DNA from: Octopus vulgaris
Taxonomy: Eukaryota
Direction: 5' to 3'
Length of the DNA: 64,000 bases
Assembly: GCA_951406725.2 (NCBI GenBank)
Contig: OX597828.1
Location: 2,852,001 to 2,916,000, forward strand
A program made the translations under genes and the position numbers. The notes under the pieces were generated by a model. The model was not told the DNA's origin and searched no databases. It was given only the letters and a program-made list of their open reading frames with translations. Shown here one piece after another: positions 14,870 to 27,847 of the stretch (the first letter of the stretch is position 1; every line of letters starts with the position of its first letter).

Positions 14870-15420
14870 ATTGTGTACTTTCACTGCACAGCCAACTGCA
14901 GTTTTTGGCTCCATGAGAATATGCAGTGTTTTGTATTAGGTTTGGTATTAGCTACTGTGTTGAAAATATTCGACATAATTTTAAGAACTCTGCATAATAT
15001 GTGTGCAATGCCTAGCTGTACTATTTTCTGTAGGTTGTGTATATTTTGTTTATATATTTGCCTGTATTATCATTTGCAAAGTACTTATTATGGGGATTGT
15101 GTTTTGTTTCCTATCTCCATGTTCCAGATATTACTTTTACCAGATATTCATATTTGGATGGTTTCTTTCAGAGATATTTTGTTGTGTTACAATGAAAACG
15201 TCAACTAAGTGGCATGTATTTATTTTGGTTTTTAGTGGTCGTGTCTTGGCAGTTTACCTTAATTTCCCTTATATCTGAATCAGCACTTTCTTGAATATAG
15301 TCATATTAATCATTATCTAAGATATTTTGTTCTCTTCATAACATCTTTTTTTATTTATGTGCCTGTTACTGATGCTGAAATAGTTTCCAAAGTATGAAGC
15401 AACCAACTCTGTCATTTTTG
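14870..15420 (-). mobile_element. Degenerate non-LTR retrotransposon 3' fragment (R4/Dong-like?)
   Basis: Weak resemblance to restriction-like-endonuclease LINE C-terminus; many stops. Confidence 0.3.
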
Positions 15421-16879
15421 CTTATCCCTTCAACATTCAGATTTTTTTTTTTGTCAAATGTATTGCTTTATTCACATGGTTCTGAATTAATCACACATTT
15501 TCTTGCAACTTCAAGATTTCAGTGGTGTGTATGTATATTTTTAGAATGACATTGCAGGGTTGGTGTAAGAGATTAGATCTGGTTAGTTTGATCAGAGGAA
15601 CCAGAAAGAAAGCGATTGCTTGTTTCTTCACGTGATATTATGTAGTCACATTTCAGTTGTTTTTTTTAAGTAGTAATTTTTAATAACATTTTTTAACTGT
15701 TTATTTTCTTTTTTTTCTTATTTTAATTTTTATTCTCCATATTATGATTATTATTTTGATCTATATCCTGCTCAGTCAAACTTTTCCTTTCATGCTACTA
15801 GGGTCATAAAGTAAATGCCAGTTAAGTATTGAAGTCAATATAGTTTTGAGTTGGGTTTCTACAAAATGTATTGTCTTGTGCTAATATTAAGAAGCACACA
15901 CATATGCTAGGGCTATGTGTGGCATCTGCAGAGGAACCTTGAAGGGTAACTAATATAGTATTAATTCGCAAAGATGTCTCTTCCTTAGTTTGTATTCCTA
16001 ACAGTGCGCCTGACACAATTAAGGCAAAGTCAAAAGAAGATATGGGAGTCTGACATGAAGTATTTCCAGGCACTCACAGTATTCCATTCTCACATTTTAT
16101 AGATGTTTAGCAGAGAACCTGAACAGTGATGACTTCAGGTTACTTAGGGTTTTGTGAAGGCATGTTAAACAGGACCGTTCTAGAGCATGTTTAAGTTGAG
16201 CCTTATGGATAACTTTCAGAAAACCTTTCCTGGACAAGCTGAACAAACATAATGGTTTAATTAGCAGGATATGTTGTACACTCCTGAAAGTTTGTAGCAG
16301 TTTACTGTTATTATGAAGAAGTGTAGCACTGCAGTTAGGTGGCCTATGACAAAAGGGATTACCCTTGTAATATGCCAGGAAAGCTATTTTTGTTATCGCA
16401 TTACAACATAGTGGTGCTATGGCAACTCCAGCCAATCAGGGCTGGATGTGTATTAATATCAAAAGCAGTTCTATTAATACCAAAAGCAGAAAAGTGGGTG
16501 TTTTAACCAGTTAGCAGAAAGATAGTATACGAGCAACATCGGAACAGCCTCTTTGTTTTTCACACCACTAACTCAGATTACATCATGAACAGTATATTTT
16601 CGTTTACACTAACTCAGTTTCTGTTAGCTTATAATGACTTCCAATTGAATCCATATTTCAAATGTAAGCTATAAAGCTTTCTCTGACTCATGCACACTCA
16701 TATTGTTTGTCAATTCTCATCATTCTTTAATAAATTAAATGATTTTGAATAAAAATGCCTTCTGATATTCCATTACACATGCTTCTCAAAATCTCTCAGG
16801 ACCTCTCTATGAATACTTTCACTAAAGTGGTAACCTTTTACCAACATTCCCCTATACTCTACTTAGATTTGAAATTGGT

Positions 16880-18280
16880 TCATTTGGAACAGTATCCTAT
16901 GACAACAGAAAGCCTAGATTCTTAAATCTTGCACTTCTCTATGATATTCAAGATTATGAAAATATGTTCAATTTCACTGTTCCTTAATTCAAAAATATAC
17001 TGCAATAAGGAGGTAAAATCCTCTTTATCCCTAGATCTGAGTGAGTGTATATGCTGGTTGTATCTAATATTGCAGATGTTTGTTGTAATTCCTCTATAAT
17101 TCTTTATGATATCATTTGTGCAGATTATGCTTGCTCTAATTATCACCACTCTAAAGAGACAAGACCCTATATGTTGGCAGTTTAGAGTGTTTCTAAAGTT
17201 ACACGCTGGTTGTTTAAACTATAGGTTTGTTAGATATATATTTTAAGTTGTGGTTTAATATCAGGGAAAAGATGTTATCTAGACAACTGTTGCTCACATT
17301 CTCATTATAAGTGTTGAAGAGCTTGTGGTGTTTGTGTGTAGTTGGGAAATCAATTCTTAATAGAAACAGGAAGTTCCTAGGTGTGTTGATGATTATATTC
17401 ATGCTGTAGGGAGGGCTGGACCAAATTATACTTTTGCCCACCCCCCATTCTGCTCTTATGCGGTGAGAAGTGTTCCTGTACACTTTTTCTCATTAATGCT
17501 ACTTCTTATCCATGACAATGGATAGGTTGGAAATTATTCTGCTTATGCTATCAACAAGGTTATTAGTTATGACTATGGGAGGAGGGGTATTATACATGTA
17601 TGCAGGTACATGGTTTCTTAAGTCTGCTTTCAGTAGAAACAGTGATTGTGGTTGGATCTAGTGATATGTCTGAAAAGTTGGCAATTCTTAAATTGTCCAA
17701 ATTGTGTTTCTTAAATATTCTGATCAAATCTTTTCTAAATTACATGTGGTTGTGTGGTTGTTTATATTAAAGAAAATTACTTAACCGTCATTTTACTTCA
17801 GAGCAGAACTAGTAGGATTCATTTATTGAAGGTATATAAAATGAAAAATCTCACAAGATTGGTTATTTCTTCTTTGTTAGCTTTTTATGTCAAATAAAGA
17901 GTTGACCTTTTTTGTTTTTTTAACTTTTTAAGAGTTGTCATGATATAAGAGCAATTTCCTGGCAGCTTTCATTATAATTTCGGTGAGAATGTCTCTAATA
18001 ATGGTAAATGTGTTCTTGAATTCCCATGCTTTCAGTTTAAGATATTTAAATATAAGCTACATAAAAAAAAAAACATTACATCAAATTGGGAATTTGTAGA
18101 ATGCTTTGTTTTGGCTTGGTGATAATGGCACCACAATGCTATTATGCTAATCTTATGTTGTTATAGTCTTTAGGTTAACTGCTTGAGTATATGCTTGCAA
18201 ACTAATTCATTCATTTTAGGAGGTTTTTAGTCTTAAAGGTGATGTAGAGTCTATGCACATCAGGCATTCTCTGCAGTTTT
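16880..18280 (-). mobile_element. Penelope-like element RT + Cys linker + GIY-YIG endonuclease remnant
   Basis: 'KSIIWSSPPYSMNI...FPTTHKHHKLFN' (PLE post-RT IIWFNPPYS motif), Cys-rich linker, then 'VIIRAS...KNYRGITTN..NIRYNQH..S...TSLLQYIFEL' (GIY-YIG); frameshifted. Confidence 0.8.
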
Positions 18281-18593
18281 CAATTTTTTGTATGTTTCAG
18301 TGGTGTTCTCTGGCAGGAATTTGTGGCACTATCTTTCTTGTTTTTTTTTTTGCATGTGGGATAGTGGGGGGTGGGGGTTGTTTGAGTGTTAGAATGTTCT
18401 GGAAGGAGTTAGTGTGGTTTTACTCTAACTTTTGCTTTTCTTAAATTGGTAAAATTGAAACTGGTTTTATGCAGTTGAAATACACACATGTATGCACACA
18501 CATACATACAGAGACACATAGATATGTGTGTATGTGCATGTGTTTGCATATACACACATGCACATTTATGTTTATATATGTGTTAAGTGAAAG

Positions 18594-19175
18594 CATGGCT
18601 TGTGGGGAAGAAATTCACTACCCAATAATGTGATTTGGGGTTCAATCCTACTGCATGGCATCTTAGGCAAGTGTCTTCTAGTATTGCCCTGGGCTGATGA
18701 AGGCCATGTAAGTGCCACATACAAACCACCTAGTCCACTCTGTAAAGTGGTTGCCATTAGAGAGGGCATGCCGCCATAAAAACTATGCCAAAGCAGACAG
18801 TGGAGCTGGGCACAGACCCCAGGTTTGCCAGTTCCTGTCAAACCATCCAACCCATGCCAGCACGGAAGACAAATACGAAATGATGATGATGATGGTGATT
18901 GTGTGTGTGTGTGTGCGTGTGTGTGTGTGTGTGTGTGTGCATGCATGCGTGTCTGTTTGTTTCCTTGTCTTGACATCACATGAGTTTTAAAGAAAAATCA
19001 CTGCTCGACAAGCAGTGTCCTTCATTTCCAATCTACCACAGAAACATGTCTGGCCATGGGGAAATATTGCCCTCCTTCGAAGCAGGTGAGGGTTGCCAAC
19101 AAAAAAGGGCATCCAGCAGCAAACTCAGTCTAAGCCATGCAAGCATAAAAAAGTGGATGTTAAAATGATGATGAT
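18594..19175 (+). mobile_element. Chimeric SINE (family A head with RTE-type (gat)n tails)
   Basis: Head 'catggcttgtggggaagaaattcactacccaa', body 'ggcaagtgtcttcta', tails ...catgccagcacggaa...gatgatgatg. Confidence 0.65.
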
Positions 19176-19983
19176 GATGGTGATTATGTATTTGTTCAGT
19201 TTCCATTTGATTAATCTTTTTAATCAGTTGTTATCTCATAATTTATACAAATATATATACACGCACACACAAATGTATATGTAATTATCTGTTTGTGTTT
19301 GCACAGACACATCTTTACATTTTGCTTTTTATTTAATGTTCTTTAACTCTTTTTTCTACTTTTACACTTGTACACACACATTTTATATACTACGTATTAC
19401 ACATGCATTATACACACATTAACGGGACAGTTTTTTTTTTCCTATTGACTCTAGTAATTAACTAAATATCATTTATTTCTTGTATGGAAATCTGGCCAAA
19501 CCATAATAAAACATAAAGACTCACATGTATCTACTGAAGTTGGAGTGTGACTAATGTTTAGCTGTGACAATCATGCCTTTCTGGAATGTATTATTATGAT
19601 TATAAAGTGGATTTAACAGAAAATTAAACCCAACTGATCATCGACTTAAGAGAGTAACATCACATTAGAGCATTTGCCACTGGTAATGGTGGTGGTAATC
19701 GTTACTTTCTACATTGGTGTAATATTTTAAATTTCTAGGTATAACTTGATTGATCCAAATAGCAATTCTCCATTGGTATTTATTTGGTAAAGGGAAAATT
19801 GTTCTCAGTGAGAGTAGAGCTGAATGTAAAGTGAGGAACCTAAACATTGTTAGACGCTTACTCTGGGTCTTGCTACTGCTTCTGTCATTTAATTTAACAA
19901 CAGCTATAATTGTCCAAGCATTTGGTTCTCAGCAACAACAATTCTACTATTATCATCGCACAAGACATATTCACACAAAATAA

Positions 19984-20357
19984 CTGTGTGGTAAGTAGCT
20001 TGCTTACCAACCACATGGTTCCGGGTTCAGTCCCACTGCATGGCACTTTGGGCAAGTGTCTTCTACTATAGCCTCGGGCTGACCAAAATCTTGTGAGTGG
20101 ATTTGGTAGATGGAAACTGAAAGAAGCCTGTTGTGTATATGTATATATATATATATATGTGTGTGTGTGTTTGTCCCCCCAAAATCGCTTGACAACCGAT
20201 GCTGGTGTGTTCATGTCCCCGTAACTTAGTGGTCTGGCAAAAGAGACTGATAGAATAAGTACTAGGCTTACAAAGAATAAGTCCTGGGGTCGATTTGCTC
20301 GACTAAAGGCGGTGCTCCAGCATGGCCACAGTCAAATGACTGAAACAAGTAAAAGAG
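19984..20357 (+). mobile_element. SINE family A, near full length, young
   Basis: ctgtgtggtaagtagcttgcttaccaaccacatggttccgggttcagtccc ... gactgaaacaagtaaaagag. Confidence 0.9.
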
Positions 20358-20798
20358 TATTATAAACGGTTTCACTATGTCCAAACTGTGTGCTGAGTTA
20401 TCCCAGTGTTTTGAGGTTAGTGTCGTCATCATCATCATCATTAAATGTCCGTTTTCCACGCTGGTATGAGTTGAGGAGTTTGACTGGAACTAGTAAGGTC
20501 GGGGTGTGCACCGGGCTCCATCGTCTGTTCTAGCATGGTTTCTACATATGGATGCCCTGCAATTGCCAACCACTCTTCAGCGTAGAGGGTACTTTTTATG
20601 TGGTACCAGCACAGGTATCAATTCTGCTGTGGCAGATGGGTCTTCTTGAGAATAGCAGTGCACCAGATATCCCAGTCCTTAGTCATCTCCTTTGTAAGGC
20701 TCAATATCTTGAGGTCAGCCTTCAATACTTCATCCCATGTCTTCCTGGGTCTCCTTCTTCCACAAGTTCCAACCACTTTAAGTGATCTGTGTACCAAT

Positions 20799-21226
20799 AA
20801 CGTCTAGGTTTCTGAGCCATATAGTAGAATTGGTTAACCTGGACATTATCAAAGAAGCTTGAGAGGCGGTTGGATGGAACCCACACTTGCCTCCTTATGA
20901 GAGCTCAAAATCTCTCGTGGAGGCGTCATCCAACCAAAATGCAAATATATGGGAAACTACCACCTGTGTCATCTCTTATGAAAGGTAGAGAAGTCCAGTT
21001 TGCTGGACATTGTTGTAGAGCTGAAAACGAGGCAATTTCTACTCTTCTTCTTTGGAAGCCATCTACTTGCAATACCAGAGGGTGCACACTCTCCTACCCT
21101 GATGTAATCTCCAGGGATACAGGCATCCAGCAACAGCATCTTTGTAATGCTATGATGGACCGTGAAGTCTGGTGTAGCATGGTAAATTCCATTGTCTCGA
21201 CCACGGTCGAACAATGATGATGATGA
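20799..21226 (+). mobile_element. RTE-clade LINE 3' fragment with short 5' inversion and TSD
   Basis: Encodes TWTLSKKLERRLDGT...VQFAGHCCRA; (tga)n tail; TSD tgtgtaccaat at 20788-20798 and 21227-21237; nearly identical to 27310-27717. Confidence 0.85.
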
Positions 21227-21564
21227 TGTGTACCAATTCTTTGATTAATTTGCATGTCTCTTTTGCATCTAAAGCAAGGGTTTTGCCTGTATACAAACAA
21301 GCTTCAATGCTTTCTACCATTGGTTTCACATTCTAAACCGAGCGGCCAGCATGCTTCCAGATCAAACTGGAACATAACATATCTGGAATGTTGCTGCTCT
21401 AATTCTAGTCATCCATACTATCCATGGGTTCAAGTTAGTGCTGATCACAACTACAACTTACAACAATCATGTATTAGTCTCTCAAATGTCTACTGATCAA
21501 CTCCTGCTCAACTGAACCCTTGAGTTTGATCACACACACACACACAGTCAATATATCAGATATC

Positions 21565-22003
21565 TTTTATCTTTTATTTTATACTTGTTTCGGTTATTAG
21601 ATTGTGGCCCATGCTGGGGCAGCGGCTTGAAGAATTTTTAGTTAATTGGATCATACTTATTCTTTAAGCCTGGTATTTATTTTTTTAAGCCTGGTATTTA
21701 TTCTGTTGGTCTCTTTTGCTGATTTGCTAAGTTATAGGGATGTAAACACCAGTTGTCAAGTGGTGTAGTGGGGGGGACAAACACAGACACAAAGACATGC
21801 ACACACACACACACACACATACATGCATACACACACACACACACATACAATGGGCTTCTTTCAGTTTCTGTCTACCAAATCCACTCACAAGGCTCAGGTC
21901 GGCTTGTGGATATAGTATAAGACCAAGGTGCCTTGCAGTGGGACTGAACCCAGAACTGTGGGGTTGGGAAACAAGCTTCTTACCACACAGCCACACCTGT
22001 GCC
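21565..22003 (-). mobile_element. SINE family A copy
   Basis: Family A head and tail on the minus strand. Confidence 0.8.
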
Positions 22004-22667
22004 TATATGTTGCGTTTTTGACTACCATATACCGCTATCATGGCACTCATTTTATTGATCTTTCATTCAGTAATGAATGATTATTGGTTTGGGCAGGTCC
22101 CAAGATGATAAAAATAATCAGCTGAACAATTAGCTGTTTATACAATCATGAATATTGTTTTTTTTTTCATAAGTTACTCCATTTTTATTTTAAATTTGTT
22201 GTTTTGAAATCTTAGTTGAACCTTATCGCTTAGTTGTTTCCAACTACACATATTTAGGAAACCAAAACACAGTTAGTTAGCTTAGTGGGGAGGGGGGGGG
22301 GTGCAGTGTTCACTGTATTAGCTGTAGAAGAAACAGAAAGAGAGAACAATGTGCCTGAACTGGAAAGTTATCTAGCTTAATTGGTGATTGGATTTAATTT
22401 CAGAAAGATCTTTCATCATTTATTTGTATCTGCTGCCAATATTTGCAAATAGCTTCTGTAAAATGTAACTTCTACTTCAGACAGACTGAATTGCATATTA
22501 TAACATATAATTTATTAATCGAATAAGTATGCATTACAGTATGTAACTCAGTTTATCTGATTTACTTAAGCCCTTGGTAGGTTTATAAGCAACTTCTCTT
22601 GGGAGATTTAAAAAGGATATTCAGTTATGAAATTATAACACAGGGTTGAAACTAGTCCAGCTGATCC

Positions 22668-22708
<41 letters not shown>

Positions 22709-22726
22709 TAGGGAACGCCAGTTTAT

Positions 22727-22787
22727 GGGATTACTTTTGGTTTCCCGTCCATAAAGGATTTAGTTTTATAGCATATCGTCAGATCCC
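22727..22787 (-). ncRNA. Type I hammerhead motif with partly decayed stem II, inside a short inverted-repeat element (22702-22871)
   Basis: GGGAU-CUGACGA-uaugCUAUAAA..UUUAUGGacgg-GAAA-ccaaaaG-UA-AUCCC; stem I 5 bp perfect. Confidence 0.6.
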
Positions 22788-22935
22788 AAAAACCTGTTGG
22801 CTCCAGGACCTCTTAAAAATATGAATGGGAAACCTGAGATAGTCCCCTAAACCAACTTGCCCCATTTTTAATATAGACTGCTCTACATCTTAGAGTGTTC
22901 TTCTTCTTTTGGATCTATGTTTTCTATTAACAATA

Positions 22936-22967
<32 letters not shown>

Positions 22968-23079
22968 ATATTTGTAGCCACTTTAACATGGCTGTCCATT
23001 CAAGCAGACTCTACTGCAATTTTTTAACCCCAAGAGGACATCTCCTCTAGCTGGTTAACAATGCACAGCTGAATCCGAT

Positions 23080-23168
23080 AAAATTGCGAGCAGGGGAGTG
23101 AACCCTTACCCCTACCATCTCCTAGCAATTTGGTAGGGGTGGGGATTCATTCCCCTGCTTGCAATTTT
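23080..23168 (+). other. 38-bp GC-rich hairpin with 13-nt loop
   Basis: Arms 23080-23117 and 23131-23168; on + RNA 33 Watson-Crick pairs, 4 G.U, 1 mismatch. Confidence 0.8.
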
Positions 23169-25019
23169 GCCCAGTTATGCCCATAGTAATAGTGGGCTTG
23201 TAGGGAGAGTTAAAGATGATACTCAGTCAGTGGAGAGTATTCAGAGTATATAGATATGCTCTAGTACATATTAACATTGATTGTCAAACATTGACAGCAC
23301 ACCAGTAAGTAATTTATAGAGATTTTTTACTCTGTGCTTTTTTAAGTTTTATTATTTTATTGACACAAGATGCTGTGGCTGTGGTTTTTGTAGGTCTTCC
23401 AAAATCAGTGAGATTGACATGGTTAGCATTTCTCTTGAGCAGTTTCAAGTTGTTAGCTTCAAAAAAATCGTGTAGAAGGAATAAATTCCAAGAGACTGGG
23501 CAGGTGATGAGAGAAGAAAGGATGAACAAGTTGAGAATGTCTAAGTGAGGGTGGTTTGAGCCTAGCTAGTTCCAAAGAAGGAGTAGCAGTTGTAAAAAAA
23601 AGTCAGAAAAAAAAAGAGAGAGATTTACAGCAGGTCTATGAACGTGTCTAGTTATATCTTTTACTGTGACAAATACTTTGAAGCTATAGTTAGTTGGTTT
23701 GTGTCTGGTGTTCTGGATCTGCCATCCAATATTCACATTCAGTTATAGTCATTTCACTAACACAACACTTATTAAGAAATGCATGAATGTCACAAAATCT
23801 CTTTCCCCTTAACCTACATATCTTAGACCTCAGATCAACATTAGAAATCACTAGTTATTTTAACATTTGTAAAATGAAAACCTAAGATTATTTTGCAGCT
23901 ATTTTGTCATTCCACGCCACCAACATGTAGAATTAACATTGACATTAGCTTGGTCATATTTGACGTAGTCTAGCATTTGGTAACTTGTTCAACTACTCAA
24001 ATGTCTTCACTTTACTTTTCTTCTTCTTTTTTTTTTTTTTACTCTCCCCTCAGTCTGCATTAAGACATTCTTTACTGCTTTAAATGTTTGTAGGTTATTC
24101 ACGCATACTTAATCGTTTGCTTCTTCTGGTTTTTGAAGGTAGAGTGGTATTCATATTTTCTATGTAAAACATGTATACACACACATTTGTTCACACATAT
24201 ATGTTAGAATATATACCATCATCATCATCATCATCATCCTTTAACATCTGTTTTCCACGCTGGCATGGGTTGGATGGTTTGACCAAAGCTGGCAAGCTAG
24301 ACAGCAGCACCAGGTTCCAATCTGATTTGGCTTGATTTCTGTGTCTGGATGCTCTTCCTAATGCCAACCACTTTACAGGGTGTGCTGGCTGCTTTTAATG
24401 TAGCACAGGCACAAGTATTTTTATGCTGTGCTGGCATGAGTGGCTCCAACACTAGAGCTTTTTACATAGCACCAGCACAGAACATATATTTTGTACATAT
24501 GGGTATGAAATATATCTGCGTATTTTCTATGTCACTGTATCACTGTATTGACCAGCTGGTCACCAAATACTTCCAACTCTTTCTTGATTTCCATCTTGGC
24601 CCAAATTGTTTCACATTGTTGTGGAGGCTGAGTTGGTCTCCATGTTATCTGTGAATCTTGCAACATGATCAGCCCAGTGGAACTTGTAATTTCAATATTC
24701 TGTGATCACTTCATTCACTCTGCTCTATTCCTGAATTACCTCATTTTAGATAAACCCCCAAAATGCTATTCCTAGGTGGAAAACAATGAAATCAAAGAGG
24801 TAATGGGTACATTTACTTGGGGCACACAGTGAATATAAGCTGCGACACGGATGCTGAAATCTAGGCAGGATGGAAGGCATTTAGCTCAGTAATTGATGTA
24901 CTCAAGGCAAAGCTGAACAAGAGCTTATGTGCCAGTCTCATTGGTAGCACTGTCCTATTTAAGTATTTTCTATATAAATACATGTAAATGTGCTCCTTTG
25001 AACATAGGTATACATACAG

Positions 25020-25545
25020 ATGTGGCTGTGTGGTAAGGAGTTTGCTTCCCAGCCACGTGGTTCCAGGTTCACTCCCACTGCATGGCACCTTGGGCAAGTG
25101 TCTTCTACTTTAGCCTCATATTGATCAAAGCATTGTGAGTTGATTTGGTAGATGGAAACTGAAAGAAGCCTGTCATATATATATATACATATATATATTC
25201 TTTTACTCTTGTTTCAGTCATTTGACTGTGGCCATGCTGGAGCACTGCCTTAAAGAAGTATTTAGTTGAAGAAATTGAGCCAAGGACTTATTCTATCGGT
25301 GTCTTTTGCTGAACCACTAAGTTATGGGGACATAAACACACCAACATCAGTTGTCAAGCAATGGTGGGTGGGACAAACATAGACACACGTGTGTGTGTAT
25401 GACAAGCTTGTTTCAGTTTCCATCTGCTAAGGCTTTGGTTGGCCTGAGGCTATAGTAGAAGACACTTGCCCAAGGTGCACATAGTGGGGCTGAACCTAGA
25501 ACCATGTGATTGGAAAGTAAGCTTCTTACCACATAGCCATGCCTA
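25020..25545. mobile_element. Two SINE family A copies in inverted orientation (+25020-25175; -25199-25545)
   Basis: Head on + at 25020; reverse-complement head ending at 25545. Confidence 0.8.
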
Positions 25546-25971
25546 TATATATAGAACAAATAGTAAGGGATTATCAACCTGGCCAAAATACCTCATAAGC
25601 TCTCTGTTGGCACACCAGGCTAACAATATTACTTAGATTAGTGAAGAACTTCAGGGTCCAAGGTTATGGTTCATTGCAGTTTTATATTCTATATCCATGG
25701 ATGGGCTCCAGACAAACTGATTTTTACACAAAATGATATCTAAGAAACAAGTTAAAAATAATGGTCATTACATATTTTTCCTTTACTGGAGCAAATTTAG
25801 CTTACAGCTGTTTCCTGTAGTTATTATAGGTACATTACTGATAAGTTTATGACCTAAGAAAATTAATGCTACTTTCATGAGTGCAATTTCTGGTTATAAC
25901 AAGCAGAACACTGTAGGAATGGCTCTTATAGGGAAAAGAGGAAGAAGAAGATAGAAAGATGCAAGTAGAAG

Positions 25972-26205
25972 AAAGGCAGTGAGCTGGCAGAAACGTTAGC
26001 ATGCCGGGCAAAATACTTAGCGGTATTTTGTCTGCTGCTACGTTCTGAGTTCAAATTCTGCTGAGGTCGACTTTGCCTTTTATCCTTTCAGGATCGATAA
26101 ATTAAGTATCAGTTATGCACTGGGGTCAATATAATCGACTTAATCCGTTTGTCTGTCCTTGTTTGTCCCCTCTATGTTTAGCTCCTTGTGGGCAATAAAG
26201 AAATA
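25972..26205 (+). mobile_element. SINE family B copy
   Basis: aaggcagtgagctggcagaaacgttagc...gcctttta tcctttcaggatcgataaattaagtatcag. Confidence 0.85.
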
Positions 26206-27309
26206 TGTATTGCCAAAACTTGGAAGAGGGGACAGTCATAAAACATTAGTGTCTGTAGTCAGGTCAACACACATGACCAGTGTATATAGGTTAGATATTC
26301 TTCAAGTATTGTGTTGAAATTTGATATGGGCTTTTCATGGACATGGTCAGTTTTTTTAAGACTGTAAGGCTCAGTTGTCACTATCTAGCATAGTAGGGGA
26401 AGATCTGTGTCTGTATTTGCCCCACCCCCCTGCTACTGCTTGACAACTGGTGTATAAGACTGAAGACTAAGAAATTGCCTGAGCAAATAATTTTTCAATT
26501 TTTTGAGGTCTTATCAGACATACACAATCTTAACATGAAATTTAACATTATCTGAACTTTGTTAATTGTTATTTTCTTTGCATCTTAATGCCAAACCAAT
26601 AGAAACATGGTTATTGTTATTATTATTATTATTATTATTAGGACAACTTCTTTTGCCTTTCATCCTTTCGGGGTTGATAAAATAGGTACCAGTAAGTATT
26701 GGGATCAATGTAATCATCTTACCTCCACCTCTGAAATTGCTGACCTTGTGCCATAATTTTAGCCCATTATTAGAACAATTTCTTGCTGTAAAATGTCCTT
26801 TTGATTTTCTTGTACTATATTCCTACAATAACTTTTGTTAAATTCATTGAGGCATTTAATGCACTTAAGCTTCAAATTATGGTTTCACTGACAGAATATT
26901 AAAAAAAAATCATTACAATTGACCCCACCAAACTGAATAACTGTCAAAATCCTGAATAATATTTCAAAAACAAATGATTTTTTAATCTTTTGTCATTTAT
27001 TCTTATTTTAATTTCACATCCTTAAATATCTTCAGATCTATAGGGAGAAAGAAAAAGTAAGTTATGATATTGATGCCTTTCTTCAAAGTGAGAACTTCTA
27101 TGTGGTCACATGACTACTAGAAATAACAGCCAAATTTCCATGAAGCCATTACTCTATTGTCTAAAAATCATACCATACTGGATGATGTTATGAGATGGTA
27201 TCAAAAATTTCCCAGATTATTTCTGTAGCATGCCAACAGATGGCAGCACAAGATTGCATACACAGTGAGAGCTAACAGTTGTGAAATTTGTGTTTTTGTG
27301 ATCACGTGT

Positions 27310-27717
27310 ATTCTACGATATGGCTCAGAAACCTGGACATTATCAAAGAAGCTTGAGAGGCGGTTGGATGGAACCTACACTCGCCTCCTTATGAGAGCTC
27401 AAAATCTCTCGTGGAAGCGTCATCCAACCAAAATGCAAATATATGGGAAACTACCACCTGTATCATCTCTTGTGAAAGGTAGGAGAGTCCAGTTTGCTGG
27501 ACATTGTTGTAGAGCTAAAAACGAGGCAATTTCTACTCTTCTTCTTTGGAAGCCATCTACTTGCAATACCAGAGGGCGCACACTCTCCTACCCTGATGTA
27601 ATCTCCAGGGATACAGGCATCCAGCAACAGGACCACCGTAATGCCATGATGGACTGTGAAGTCTGGCGTAGCATGGTAAATTCCATTGTCTCGACCACGG
27701 TCAAACAATGATGATGT
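27310..27717 (+). mobile_element. RTE-clade LINE 3' fragment
   Basis: LRYGSETWTLSKKLERRLDGTYTRLLMRAQNLSW...FAGHCCR; (tga)n tail. Confidence 0.85.
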
Positions 27718-27847
27718 ATGCTGTACTCTGTAATTTTGTCATGAGAGACATTGAGCTAGATTCCAAAAGTGGCAGGACTGGTGTATTGCTGCACTTCGAA
27801 GGAGATGATGTTAAAACTTTGGTAAAGAAGTTATTTTTCATTAAACA

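Noticed and set aside
27036-27056. 21-nt microexon candidate (ttcag|...|gtaagt) upstream of the TPR gene
   Set aside because: In the phase needed to join exon 32171 it contains a TAG stop; it could be a UTR exon but is unsupported without transcripts.
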